This document shows, in pieces, positions 9,554-18,939 of a stretch of DNA of 64,000 nt. The position numbers and the translations under genes are program-made. Position 1 is the first letter of the stretch. Every line of letters starts with the position of its first letter. The DNA comes from an uncultured Methanosarcinales archaeon (GTDB taxonomy: Archaea > Nanobdellota > Nanobdellia > Woesearchaeales > ARS49), in the NCBI GenBank assembly GCA_964354285.1, contig CAYGYR010000003.1:30902-94901 (forward strand). Reading direction: 5' to 3'. Below the pieces are notes generated by a model. The model did no database searches. It worked only from the letters and a program-made list of their open reading frames with translations, and had not been told where the DNA came from.

Positions 9554-10387
9554 TTAGATAATTTTTACAGTCAAAACAGTCATATCATCCTGTTCGCTAA
9601 AGTGTTCGTATTCTTCCGCCGCAGTTAATATTTTGTTGCATATCTGCTGAGCTGAATCTTGTGTGTTCGATAGGACTACTCTAGAAAGTTCAGCTATATC
9701 AAATTCATGCCCTTGCAGATTTTTTCTTTCTACTATTCCGTCCGTGTATAGAACAAGAATATTTCCTTTTTCCAGTATTACTTTTGATTCGGCAAAGGGA
9801 GCTTTTGTGCTTAGACCAAGAGCAGGCCCTGTTTTTTTCAGCTCAATACCTGGATTTTTGCCTTCTTTAAACAGTAAAGGCGGGTTATGTCCCGCACAGG
9901 TATAACCAAATTCTTTGTTTTTCAGATCCAGAATACCATAAAAAAGAGTCACAAACTTGCCTCGCAACTTGTCTGAACAAAGAAGGTCGTTAACATTCTT
10001 AACCAAACCCGCCGAACCTGCATGATACTGACTTAATGCTTTCATATACGCCCGGGCAGTAAGCATTATTGCAGAAGCTGCGAGACCATGGCCGGTTGCA
10101 TCAGCAATATACAGATGACTCTGGTCGTTGTCAAATAAAGAGACATTTAAAAAATCTCCAGACATTGCTTCAGCAGGCGCGAATGCATAGCCCACATCCA
10201 CACCCGGAATTTGAGGAATCTGACCTAACAGAAGTTTCTGTATATCTTTAGCAGCAACTAATCCTTTTTTATATTTTTGATATTCTTGATAATAGATACA
10301 ATCTTCAAGACCATCACAATTCTTTTCGGTTCCCATCGCATAGAATAATACTTCGCAATTTATAAAGTTTTCGCTAATAACCACCAT
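9554..10387 (-). CDS. PP2C-type (SpoIIE/RsbU-like) serine phosphatase
   Basis: PPM motifs are present: GDFLNV, LYIADATGHGLAASAIM, LVLYTDGIVE. Confidence 0.8.
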   Translation of the reverse strand: MVVISENFINCEVLFYAMGTEKNCDGLEDCIYYQEYQKYKKGLVAAKDIQKLLLGQIPQIPGVDVGYAFAPAEAMSGDFLNVSLFDNDQSHLYIADATGHGLAASAIMLTARAYMKALSQYHAGSAGLVKNVNDLLCSDKLRGKFVTLFYGILDLKNKEFGYTCAGHNPPLLFKEGKNPGIELKKTGPALGLSTKAPFAESKVILEKGNILVLYTDGIVERKNLQGHEFDIAELSRVVLSNTQDSAQQICNKILTAAEEYEHFSEQDDMTVLTVKII

Positions 10388-10611
10388 TTAGTAGTAATAA
10401 ATCGAAAGATTTAAATATTAGCTTCACTTTCCTATGGATTACTATGAGTAATATAACTAGTAAAAGGACAGAGAAATCTGGTTTTGCTAGTTCTAAGACT
10501 TATACCTATTTCTAAAGTCTGAATTTTAGTTCGGACTGCTATCATTTCTTGGCAGAGCTGCATTCTAATTTCAGATTCTCATTGGCAACTTGACTTAACT
10601 CTATAATTTTT

Positions 10612-10696
10612 CCCTGCTTAGCTCAATGGCAGAGTGGCCGGCTGTAAAAAATCTTGCAGCTCCCGGCAGGTCTCAGTTCGAATCTGAGAGCAGGGA
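10612..10696 (+). tRNA. tRNA-Tyr (GTA) with an approximately 15 nt intron at the canonical 37/38 position
   Basis: Acceptor ccctgct/agcaggg. D arm gctc...gagt. Anticodon stem gccgg/ccggc with loop ct-GTA-a, interrupted by aaaatcttgcagctc. T arm ctcag-TTCGAAT-ctgag. Discriminator A. Confidence 0.8.
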
Positions 10697-10732
10697 CTCG
10701 GGCTTGCATCCCTAACTGCAGGAGGAAATAAA

Positions 10733-11149
10733 ATGAAACAAAGTATAGACGAAGCATTGGCAGAAGAGAAACAAGTAGTTGTACGTATGAGCACTGCAAA
10801 ACCTGAGCCGTTTGCAGGAGTTGCAGAAAAGTATAATCTTCATATTGGAAAGCCATACCGAATAATCATTGCTGGCACAAATCCAGCAGATTCAGCTACA
10901 TTCGACGGCATGATGACAAAGCTGACGGTGCAGGCAGATGAGAAAGGGTTTAGCATCAGAGAGCTTGTGCTTGAGAAAGGCCTGTCTTGGGACGAATGTT
11001 CTGAGAAAAAGCCTTTCAAGAAGGAAGTTTTCGGCCCGCCTGAGGACCCTGAAGAAGGCTACACTCTGCTCGGCTTTGGAATAATAAAAGACGCAGAAGG
11101 ATTCCAAAGAGCAAGAGAGAGAATAGTGAAAGAACTAGGAGGTAAGTAA
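10733..11149 (+). CDS. hypothetical protein
   Basis: 138 aa. AGGAGG precedes the start. Confidence 0.5.
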   Translation: MKQSIDEALAEEKQVVVRMSTAKPEPFAGVAEKYNLHIGKPYRIIIAGTNPADSATFDGMMTKLTVQADEKGFSIRELVLEKGLSWDECSEKKPFKKEVFGPPEDPEEGYTLLGFGIIKDAEGFQRARERIVKELGGK

Positions 11150-11150
11150 G

Positions 11151-11486
11151 ATGGCAGAATTTTACTGGCAGCCTAGTTTCGGGCATGGTGGCGAAAGCAG
11201 AAGCTCAGAGCCTCTTCCAAAGGAGAAATCTCTTTTAGAGAAGTCTTTGGATGAGATTCAGGAAAAGGCTAATGCTGTGCTTAGAGCTGCTGTAGAGCTT
11301 GCTAAATCAGGCAAAGAACAGGACAAAGAGAAGATTGAGGAGCATATTCAGGTATACAAACAGCTCACTTCAATTGTTCCTAGCGGCTTTGATGAAGCAA
11401 GAGTTGTAGATGTAAGAAAGCATTTCGAGTACAATCGCAGGCTTGCTGAGTTTGAAAAACAGCTGAAGAAAGATATCTTCGGCTGA
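11151..11486 (+). CDS. hypothetical protein
   Basis: 111 aa, translationally coupled to the previous gene. Its last codons and terminator region are duplicated at 12591. Confidence 0.5.
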   Translation: MAEFYWQPSFGHGGESRSSEPLPKEKSLLEKSLDEIQEKANAVLRAAVELAKSGKEQDKEKIEEHIQVYKQLTSIVPSGFDEARVVDVRKHFEYNRRLAEFEKQLKKDIFG

Positions 11487-11520
11487 TTTTTTTATTTTTT
11501 TATTTTTAATTATTTTCACG
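11464..11520 (+). repeat. 57 bp direct repeat, left copy
   Basis: TGAAGAAAGATATCTTCGGCTGATTTTTTTATTTTTTTATTTTTAATTATTTTCACG, about 90% identical to 12591..12649. Confidence 0.85.
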
Positions 11521-11558
11521 AAGCTTTAAATACCGAGCTAATCTTAAATATTGCTGGA

Positions 11559-12032
11559 ATGAGTCAAAACATTAATATACTTCAAAACCATAATGTTGCG
11601 GTTATGGGGGAGAATACACTTAACGAAAGGGCAGACTATAGTATATTCTTGGATATGTTGCTCAAAGAACATCCTGCTTTTAAAGTTGTAATAAGCGAGC
11701 CGATAGAATTCCAGAGAGCTGTTAAAAAATCTTGTCTTGAGGGTCTGGTAAAAGGCATACAGGATTTCAAGGATACAGGTGAAGAAAAATCTATTTATGA
11801 TTATCCTGCAGATGGTCTTTGGTATCAAACAAGTATCGAACCGGCAGTTTATGAACAGCTTTGCAATAATTCTGTTGTTATTAAATATTGGGAAAAGCCA
11901 GAATGGGCAGGCAAAGACCATAAAGAAGTTCAGTGTGGTAATTTAGCAAGAGTAGTTTCAGGAACATATCCATCTTTTATTGTTCATAGAAAAGACCAAA
12001 AAAAATGGTCACCTACTTCTATGCGACTATGA
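11559..12032 (+). CDS. hypothetical protein (inside the cassette)
   Basis: 157 aa. AT-shifted codon usage. Confidence 0.45.
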   Translation: MSQNINILQNHNVAVMGENTLNERADYSIFLDMLLKEHPAFKVVISEPIEFQRAVKKSCLEGLVKGIQDFKDTGEEKSIYDYPADGLWYQTSIEPAVYEQLCNNSVVIKYWEKPEWAGKDHKEVQCGNLARVVSGTYPSFIVHRKDQKKWSPTSMRL

Positions 12033-12549
12033 TATGTTCCACATAAATAATTGCAGGATGCAATTCTTTGTTTCTGGATTCTAGTATTGCCCTTTCAGCA
12101 GCAGGTATTTTATTTAAACTAATTGTCGTTGGTTTATCTATTCTAAATACACCGTTCATCATATTAGAACGAGTTTTATTCTTGATTTTCACGACAAGAA
12201 ATCCTGTAGGTAAAGGAATTTCGTAATATGTGTAGCCCAGTCTATTGGTTTTGCTTTGCCATGGTGAAAGTAATACAAAGGTAATCAGGTCTTGGCACTC
12301 TTGCGGGCTAGGAACAGTGCCATCTGTCTTAACGAGCAGTGTGTATTCTGGTGCGTCGGCTTTGCCTTTAATATGTTTCTCATAAAACGCAACAAATTCA
12401 GTAGACGAATAATAAATTGCTTGTTCAACCTCCACTTTTATCATAGGCACATCTTTTTTCTTCAACTGTTTCAACACTCTTCCATCTAAAATCAATTGTC
12501 CTGTTTGTACAATTTTGAACTGTTTGCCCATGTCTTTAAAGGCTAGCAT
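12019..12549 (-). CDS. hypothetical protein (inside the cassette)
   Basis: 176 aa, convergent with 11559..12032 and overlapping it by 14 nt. Confidence 0.45.
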   Translation of the reverse strand: MLAFKDMGKQFKIVQTGQLILDGRVLKQLKKKDVPMIKVEVEQAIYYSSTEFVAFYEKHIKGKADAPEYTLLVKTDGTVPSPQECQDLITFVLLSPWQSKTNRLGYTYYEIPLPTGFLVVKIKNKTRSNMMNGVFRIDKPTTISLNKIPAAERAILESRNKELHPAIIYVEHIIVA

Positions 12550-12590
12550 ATGGAATAACCCAAATATTCAAGTATAAATAAGTATCTTAC

Positions 12591-12649
12591 TGAAGAAAGA
12601 TATCTTCGGCTGATTTTTTATTTTTTATTTTTCGTAATTTTCAGTGACA
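12591..12649 (+). repeat. 57 bp direct repeat, right copy
   Basis: TGAAGAAAGATATCTTCGGCTGATTTTTTATTTTTTATTTTTCGTAATTTTCAGTG. Confidence 0.85.
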
Positions 12650-12855
12650 AAAACCAAAAACTATTTAAGCATCTTCCATTTTTCTTATGTTTAGTGATGA
12701 TTTATGGCGAAACCAATTACTGAATCAACATTGGCCCCATTCTAATTAGATTTCTTTTTTACATTTCGACCAGAGTGCAGCGGTGAGCGTAAAAAGCATC
12801 GTTGTTGCACAAAGTACAACACACATTAATACGAACTGTTCAAAGGTGAAATAAT

Positions 12856-13854
12856 ATGGCAGACAACGTAATTCATGTAAAGGACCTGAAAAAGACATTC
12901 AAGACATACAAAAGGGAAGAAGGCTTCTTCAATGCAGTTAAATCTCTCTTTAAGAGAGAGTATACGATAAAGCAGGCACTGAAAGGAGTGAGCTTTGACA
13001 TCGGCGAGGGAGAGATTGTTGGCTTTATCGGGCCAAATGGTGCTGGAAAGTCAACCACGATAAAAGCGCTTGCAGGTGTGCTCTTCCCAAGCTCTGGCGT
13101 AGTCAAGACTCTCGGATACACTCCCTGGGATGAAAGAACAGAGTATGTCAAGCATATTGGTGTTGTTTTTGGCCAGAAGCCTCAGCTTAACTGGGACCTT
13201 CCTCCTTTGGATACTTACTGGCTCAACAAGGAGCTCTATGATATTCCAGAAGACCAGTTCAAGAAGCGATTGAACAGGATGATCAAGTTGCTTGATGTAG
13301 AGGAAATTGTAAAGATTCCAGTCAGGGACCTTTCATTAGGAGAGAGAATGAAGTGCGCCCTTATCTCAGCACTGCTGCACAATCCAAGGCTGGTTTTCCT
13401 TGACGAGCCGACAATTGGCTTGGATGTTGTTGCAAAAGATAAGCTCAGGGACTTTGTGTTAGAGGTCAACCAGAAATTCAAGACAACTTTCATAGTCACG
13501 ACTCATGACATGGGTGATATTGAGCGATTGTGCAAGAGAATAATCATAATCAACAATGGTGTTATTGTTTATGACGGCTCTATTGAGAAAATCAAGAAAG
13601 AGTATCTCACGCACAAGCATCTTGATGTTACTTTCAATGAGATGAAGCAAAAATTCAAGCTTAAGGGATGCAGAATCGTAGGAAGAAATGATTACGAGCT
13701 CAAGATAGAGCTTGATACAAAAAAGCAGACTGTGAAGAATGCAATCAACCATTTGATTACAAATTATGATGTTGCAGACATCATAGTACAGGACCCTCCG
13801 ATTGAGGAGATAATCAAGAAGATATACAAGGAACATGATGGGAATCAAAAGTAA
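12856..13854 (+). CDS. ABC transporter ATP-binding protein
   Basis: Walker A GPNGAGKST, signature LSLGERMK, Walker B LVFLDEPTIGLD. Confidence 0.9.
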   Translation: MADNVIHVKDLKKTFKTYKREEGFFNAVKSLFKREYTIKQALKGVSFDIGEGEIVGFIGPNGAGKSTTIKALAGVLFPSSGVVKTLGYTPWDERTEYVKHIGVVFGQKPQLNWDLPPLDTYWLNKELYDIPEDQFKKRLNRMIKLLDVEEIVKIPVRDLSLGERMKCALISALLHNPRLVFLDEPTIGLDVVAKDKLRDFVLEVNQKFKTTFIVTTHDMGDIERLCKRIIIINNGVIVYDGSIEKIKKEYLTHKHLDVTFNEMKQKFKLKGCRIVGRNDYELKIELDTKKQTVKNAINHLITNYDVADIIVQDPPIEEIIKKIYKEHDGNQK

Positions 13855-14638
13855 ATGGGCTCTTGCAAAAATAGGATACAAAGTCGGAATCAAATATAGG
13901 TTTCACTTTATTGTATCTATGATAACAGTCCCGCTTTCAGTACTAATTTATTATTTCCTCTGGAAGTCAATATTTTCGTACACGAGCCAGGAAATCATAA
14001 GGGGCTTTACTCTAGAAGGCATGGTGCAGTATTATGTGCTCAGCATGATTGTCGGTTTTTTTGTCTGGGCTGATGTTGACAAGTGGCTGTCGCAAGACAT
14101 AAAAGGGGGCCATGTCACAGGGATGCTTCTGCAGCCAATGAGCCTGCTCTGCCAGTATCTTGTATTTGAGATAGGCATAAATTCGCTTGGCATCTTGATA
14201 GAGATGATTCCTGTGTTCCTGATAGGCTTTATTTTTTTCGGGTTGAAAGTAGCTCCGCTGTTCAATTTCACAGCATTCCTTGTATCAGTGACTCTTGCAT
14301 TTTTCCTGTCATTTTTCTTGAGCTGGCTTGTCGGCCTTAGTGCCTTCTGGCTCCAGGAGATTTCAGGATTGAGGCGTGTAAAGAGAACATTAATGGTTTT
14401 CCTTAGCGGTGGAATGATTCCTCTCACGTTCTTCCCAGAAGTAGTCCAGAAGATATTTCATTTCCTGCCTTTTGAATACATAAGGTATGTTCCGATAAAG
14501 ATTTACCAGGCAGAGTATTCGCCGTTAATGGTGCTTGCGCAGCTTGGCATACAGCTTGCATGGGTTATAGGCCTTTATTTTGTTTGCAAGATGGTGTACT
14601 CAAAGGCGTATAAGGAATTTGTGGGTGCAGGAACATGA
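13835..14638 (+). CDS. ABC-2 family permease
   Basis: 267 aa with 6 TM helices. Overlaps the ATPase gene. Confidence 0.75.
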   Translation: MMGIKSKWALAKIGYKVGIKYRFHFIVSMITVPLSVLIYYFLWKSIFSYTSQEIIRGFTLEGMVQYYVLSMIVGFFVWADVDKWLSQDIKGGHVTGMLLQPMSLLCQYLVFEIGINSLGILIEMIPVFLIGFIFFGLKVAPLFNFTAFLVSVTLAFFLSFFLSWLVGLSAFWLQEISGLRRVKRTLMVFLSGGMIPLTFFPEVVQKIFHFLPFEYIRYVPIKIYQAEYSPLMVLAQLGIQLAWVIGLYFVCKMVYSKAYKEFVGAGT

Positions 14639-15423
14639 TAAAGTTCATAAGAATACTTAAGAAAGCAATAGGAATGTCTCTTGCAGAGGAGATGGCATAC
14701 AAGTGGAACTTTTATGTAAAGGCATTTGCATGCGCCATCTCTGATTTTGTAGGCCCGCTGCTTACGCTTTTGATTTACACGACAAGCGAGGGCATACCTG
14801 GCTGGGGATTTTACGAGTTCTTGCTATTCCAGGGAACACTCACACTTGTTTTCGGGCTCGGCCACACTTTTGTGATGATGATGCCTTATGATATAATGAG
14901 CTCTGTCCGCCTTGGAGAGTTTGACAAGTACTTAGTTAAGCCTTTCAACACTCTGCTCTACATGCTGGCAACATCTTTTGACATGGAGGGCCTTGCAGAG
15001 GTTCTGGTTGGAATAATAATTGTGGCTTTCAGCATGTTCAAGCTAGGCATATCTGTATTATCCTTTGACTTCCTTGCATTCATTGTCCTGGTAATCGCAG
15101 GATTCCTTATGCAGGCAGCTGCAATGACTTTAATCAGCGCTATTTCATTCATTGTTGTTAACTCAGATGCGCTTGTGCAGCTTTATTTCAAGATATCTGA
15201 CTTTGTCAGGTATCCTTTGAATGTTTACAATTTCGGGATAAGGTTTTTCCTCACATTCATGTTCCCGCTAGCCATCAGCTCGTTTTATCCTTCGATTGTC
15301 TTGATTCAGGGAGCAACGCCAAAGATAATGCTTACAGCACTTATACCTATAGCTGTTTTCTTAGTTGCATCTGTCTTGCTCTGGAACAGGGCAATGAAGA
15401 GTTATACCAGCGCTGGCGGGTAG
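14635..15423 (+). CDS. ABC-2 family permease (second subunit)
   Basis: 262 aa with 6 TM helices. Translationally coupled. Confidence 0.75.
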   Translation: MIKFIRILKKAIGMSLAEEMAYKWNFYVKAFACAISDFVGPLLTLLIYTTSEGIPGWGFYEFLLFQGTLTLVFGLGHTFVMMMPYDIMSSVRLGEFDKYLVKPFNTLLYMLATSFDMEGLAEVLVGIIIVAFSMFKLGISVLSFDFLAFIVLVIAGFLMQAAAMTLISAISFIVVNSDALVQLYFKISDFVRYPLNVYNFGIRFFLTFMFPLAISSFYPSIVLIQGATPKIMLTALIPIAVFLVASVLLWNRAMKSYTSAGG

Positions 15424-15433
15424 AAAAAGTTTT

Positions 15434-16966
15434 TTACCAAGTAATCATTCCGTGCGCTTTCTTGAAGTTTTTGTAGTTCTGCCAGCAGTCTTTTGATGCG
15501 CCCCCTGCTGCTGCTTTCTTTTCATCATCTTCTTTTTGCAGGTCTGCTTTGGTTGGCTTCTTTTTGCCTTTTGGTATTACTGGAATAAGCGCGCCAAATG
15601 TTTCCCTGAATCCTTTTCCTATGGCTGTGAATGGCTCAAGCAGTGACGGCATCTTTGTTGGCTTTGGCTCTTCTTTTTTCACTTCAAGCTGTTCTGCTTC
15701 TGCAAGATATTTCTCAAGATCATCGCCAATCGCGTCCATTGTTGCCCTGACTGAGCTGTCAATGCTCTTTAGCATCTCAAGGTCTTCTTTTTCCTTCATC
15801 AACATGAAATTCTTTATCTGCTCTTCGCTCCAGCCATATGCCCTCCAGCTTATCTTGGTCTCACCGACATGCACAGGCCCCCTGTGGTATCCTGGAGTTT
15901 CCTGCGTGAATTGCATTGATGGCTTTGTCCTGTATTGGAAAGTGAGCAGAAGGCAGCTGTAAAATTGTGAGTTTCCTTTTGGTATTTTCTGGCCGAGAAT
16001 CTCTATCTCAATCAGAGAGCCCTCAAATGAAGCTATTAATTCTTCTGAGCTTAGCTTGGTGATATCTCCCTGCAGCCTCTCGACATGCCTCATGTATGGC
16101 TTCAGCCAGCTCAGGTACATCCTTATTATGTTGTAGTTCTGCCTCAGGTATCTGAGCTCGAAAACCTTTCTTTGCTTGAGCTCTTTGTAGTTTTCCTCTC
16201 TCCAGACAAGGAATTGGTGGAATTTTCTTTTCAGTAAATCCTTGATAACCCTTGTGGTGTCAATGCCTTCAACAACCTTGTCCACATCATCTGTTTTTTG
16301 AGGGTGCCTTGAGAAGAACCAGTCAGGAAGCGTGGTGAACTGGAGCTGTGTTGCCAGCTGGAATATGTTCGGGCTTGTTCTCTGCCCCTGCACAACTCCG
16401 TCAACAAGGTCGCACCATATGCCTTTTAGTGTGACCTCTGCTGCAGTCAAACCTTTTCGCGCGTCTTCGTGGTATGCTAGTCTTTCGTCAATCCATCTTA
16501 TGTCCCTGGTTAGCTGGAAGAGGTCTTTTCTTATGAACTGCCCTATTGTCGCAAGAAACTGCATTACCTTGTCTGATGCAAGGCCTAATCTTGCTGTTGC
16601 AGCTCCCCAGAATGCGCTGTGCTCAGATGCTGTGAATATGTCTGTTATTTTATGGATTATGGGATATGCCCAGTCAATTTTCATGTGGTTCAGCGCCCAG
16701 AAGTATATTGGCTCTATTGACTCGTGCGGTGACTCATAAATCAGGAAGTATTTGTTCTTTGGTGTAGGGTAGTCCAGGTGCATCATCTGGTCTTTCTGCA
16801 CCTCAAAAAGCTCGTGGTCAGCGTATTTTTCAGCGTCTGCGTCGCTCAGCGTTTCAAGAAATGCCTTTTTTTCTTTATTATTCAGGTTGGAGAAGTTAGG
16901 ATGGTCTTTTTTGAAGCTTTTGCTGCAAAAGCCATAAAGTATCATTCGTTTGCTTGCTGTGGTCAT
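15434..16966 (-). CDS. Hypothetical protein, 510 aa, with a Lys-rich C-terminal tail
   Basis: Long ORF with coding-like composition. I recognise no motif. Confidence 0.5.
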   Translation of the reverse strand: MTTASKRMILYGFCSKSFKKDHPNFSNLNNKEKKAFLETLSDADAEKYADHELFEVQKDQMMHLDYPTPKNKYFLIYESPHESIEPIYFWALNHMKIDWAYPIIHKITDIFTASEHSAFWGAATARLGLASDKVMQFLATIGQFIRKDLFQLTRDIRWIDERLAYHEDARKGLTAAEVTLKGIWCDLVDGVVQGQRTSPNIFQLATQLQFTTLPDWFFSRHPQKTDDVDKVVEGIDTTRVIKDLLKRKFHQFLVWREENYKELKQRKVFELRYLRQNYNIIRMYLSWLKPYMRHVERLQGDITKLSSEELIASFEGSLIEIEILGQKIPKGNSQFYSCLLLTFQYRTKPSMQFTQETPGYHRGPVHVGETKISWRAYGWSEEQIKNFMLMKEKEDLEMLKSIDSSVRATMDAIGDDLEKYLAEAEQLEVKKEEPKPTKMPSLLEPFTAIGKGFRETFGALIPVIPKGKKKPTKADLQKEDDEKKAAAGGASKDCWQNYKNFKKAHGMITW

Positions 16967-17092
16967 CCTGCACCTCTTTTATGCAGAAAATTATGTTTCA
17001 GATATATAAATTATTTGTCTTTTTAGTAAGCGACAACACTTATTGGGCTGTTTTTTTGATTGCCGCTTCTTATTTGGCAAATGGCACTAAGG

Positions 17093-17383
17093 TCATTTTT
17101 TATGTCCTTTTCTATTTGGAGCTTCTTGCTCTCTCTTTGCCAGGACTATCACGTGCCCTACTTGCTGGACCAGCACGGCTCTTAGCCTGAATGCAATCTC
17201 CTCTGCAGCTTTTTTCTTGTCCTGCTGCTCAGCAAAAGAACTTAAAAGTTTTATTTTAAGCAGTTTTTGTTTTTTCAGCTGCCTTCCGATCTCTGCAAGC
17301 ATTCCCTTGGTTATGCCTGCTTTGCCGATGCGTATCACTGGATCCATTGTCCTTGCCTGTGCCTTTAGTTTCTTGATGTTCAT
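17093..17383 (-). CDS. YhbY/CRS1 (CRM-domain) RNA-binding protein
   Basis: 96 aa with PVIRIGKAGITKGMLAEI and the rest of the CRM-domain pattern. Confidence 0.8.
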   Translation of the reverse strand: MNIKKLKAQARTMDPVIRIGKAGITKGMLAEIGRQLKKQKLLKIKLLSSFAEQQDKKKAAEEIAFRLRAVLVQQVGHVIVLAKREQEAPNRKGHKK

Positions 17384-17432
17384 GTTAGCCTCTATGTTTT
17401 GTAAATTTGTGGTATTTGTATATAAATGTTAC

Positions 17433-17615
17433 GTGAAAGCTGGCTCTGTCCCGAATGTAGGTTAGCAGCCTAAGGTCAAATCCTTTCTAATTCATTATTT
17501 AGCTGACAAGAGGGTTGTCTCATACGGAGAATGTCAGCCAATCAATCAAAGAAGCGGGGATTTGAAGCTGCTAACCCGAGCTTTTAGCGAGATTTGGGAC
17601 AGAGCCGTGAAAGCT
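17433..17615. ncRNA. Candidate structured ncRNA of about 180 nt
   Basis: Three helices are nested. They are ggctctgtccc/gggacagagcc (11 bp), ggttagcagc/gctgctaacc (10 bp) and gctgaca/tgtcagc. A direct GTGAAAGCT repeat sits at both ends, in an AT-rich spacer with no ORF. Confidence 0.45.
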
Positions 17616-17661
17616 ATTTAAAAAGAAAAAATTATTAAAGAGCCCTGCCTGGCAGCATATC

Positions 17662-18222
17662 ATGAGCCAGCTTAAAATAAAATACCCGAAGCTTTTGCTG
17701 CTGCTCTTCACTTTTGTTCTTGCTTACTTTATTTTTTACGGCAAAACATACCCGCCTTTGCATTACTTTCTTTTTTCCCTGGGTTATCTTGGGATATTTA
17801 TTGCAGGCGGATTATATGCGTACGGATTTACTGCTGCCCCTGCAACAGCTGTGCTTTTGGCTCTCGCTAAAGAGTATGATATTTTCACGGCTGCGCTGGT
17901 TGGTGGCTTGGGCGCCCTGCTTAGTGACTTGATTATTTTTTATTTCATAAAAAGCACATTCAGTGATGAGATAAGAATGCTTTCACGCAATGATTTTATC
18001 AAAGGATTGAATCAAGAGGGAAAAGAGCTGCTCGGCAGCTTCAAGAAGTATGTTACAGCTGCTTTTGCTGGCTTTTTCATCGCATCTCCCCTTCCTTCAG
18101 AGATTGGGGTGACAATGATGGCTTCTTTGAAGCACATGTCTGTGAAGAAGTTTGCAGTCATTGCTTATTGCATGCACACTATAGGGATTCTGATTATTCT
18201 TGCAATTGGGAATGCTATCTAG
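17662..18222 (+). CDS. polytopic membrane protein
   Basis: 186 aa with about 5 TM helices. Confidence 0.55.
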   Translation: MSQLKIKYPKLLLLLFTFVLAYFIFYGKTYPPLHYFLFSLGYLGIFIAGGLYAYGFTAAPATAVLLALAKEYDIFTAALVGGLGALLSDLIIFYFIKSTFSDEIRMLSRNDFIKGLNQEGKELLGSFKKYVTAAFAGFFIASPLPSEIGVTMMASLKHMSVKKFAVIAYCMHTIGILIILAIGNAI

Positions 18223-18294
18223 TTATTCGGTTTATTCAGATAGAAATCACCACTTAATGCAAACTTTATAAATATGCAGGCTATACAATAGCAT

Positions 18295-18939
18295 ATGGAA
18301 AGAAGAATATTACAACCAGAACAAATAATTGTCCCTGGAGAATATGAAGTAGGAAGTGAATCAATCCTAAAAATATACTTCAGAATTTTTGATAGAGGTC
18401 ATGGTAAAGATTTGCCACCTGTAGTTGTTGTCAATAGTAGTTTAATTACAAAACAAACTAGACAAGAAAGGCTGCAGGAACAAATTATGCACATGAAAAA
18501 GTCTGAAGAGGCAAATGAAAAAATACACGCGCCTTATGGAGCATCTTATCTCATGGCCAAACCAGCTATTCAAGAAACAGAGGAAAGATACAGAAAAATA
18601 GAAGGAAAACTTGAATCCGCCCCATATTATTTGATAGATGGAAATCATAGAACCGCTGCTGCAACTCTTACTAATACTTCAATTTCCGCTTTAGAACTTC
18701 AAGTAGATGGAGATTTTGAAGAAATTAAAAAAAGGATTGAAAGAGGAAAATTATTTGATTTCAAAAGACCAGAAAAATCATTACAAACATTGGTTCTTGA
18801 GTTTGAAAACTACGTATTAACGTATATCGAAGATTGCAGGACAATTAGAGAAAGGATTGATGAACTAATTTCTAATGGTGCTTTGCCTCAATACATGAAA
18901 GAAAGGTATCACAAAAGAAAACAGTCCAGAACTAGCTAG
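18295..18939 (+). CDS. ParB-like nuclease-domain protein
   Basis: Has the motif YLIDGNHRTAAA that characterises the ParB/sulfiredoxin fold. Confidence 0.6.
   Translation: MERRILQPEQIIVPGEYEVGSESILKIYFRIFDRGHGKDLPPVVVVNSSLITKQTRQERLQEQIMHMKKSEEANEKIHAPYGASYLMAKPAIQETEERYRKIEGKLESAPYYLIDGNHRTAAATLTNTSISALELQVDGDFEEIKKRIERGKLFDFKRPEKSLQTLVLEFENYVLTYIEDCRTIRERIDELISNGALPQYMKERYHKRKQSRTS

Larger units (their letters stand above)
11521..12590. mobile_element. Putative inserted cassette of about 1.1 kb bounded by direct repeats, carrying two convergent ORFs. No integrase
   Basis: It is flanked by the 57 bp direct repeats. The enclosed genes use visibly more A/T-ending codons and have lower GC than the neighbours. 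Confidence 0.4.
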
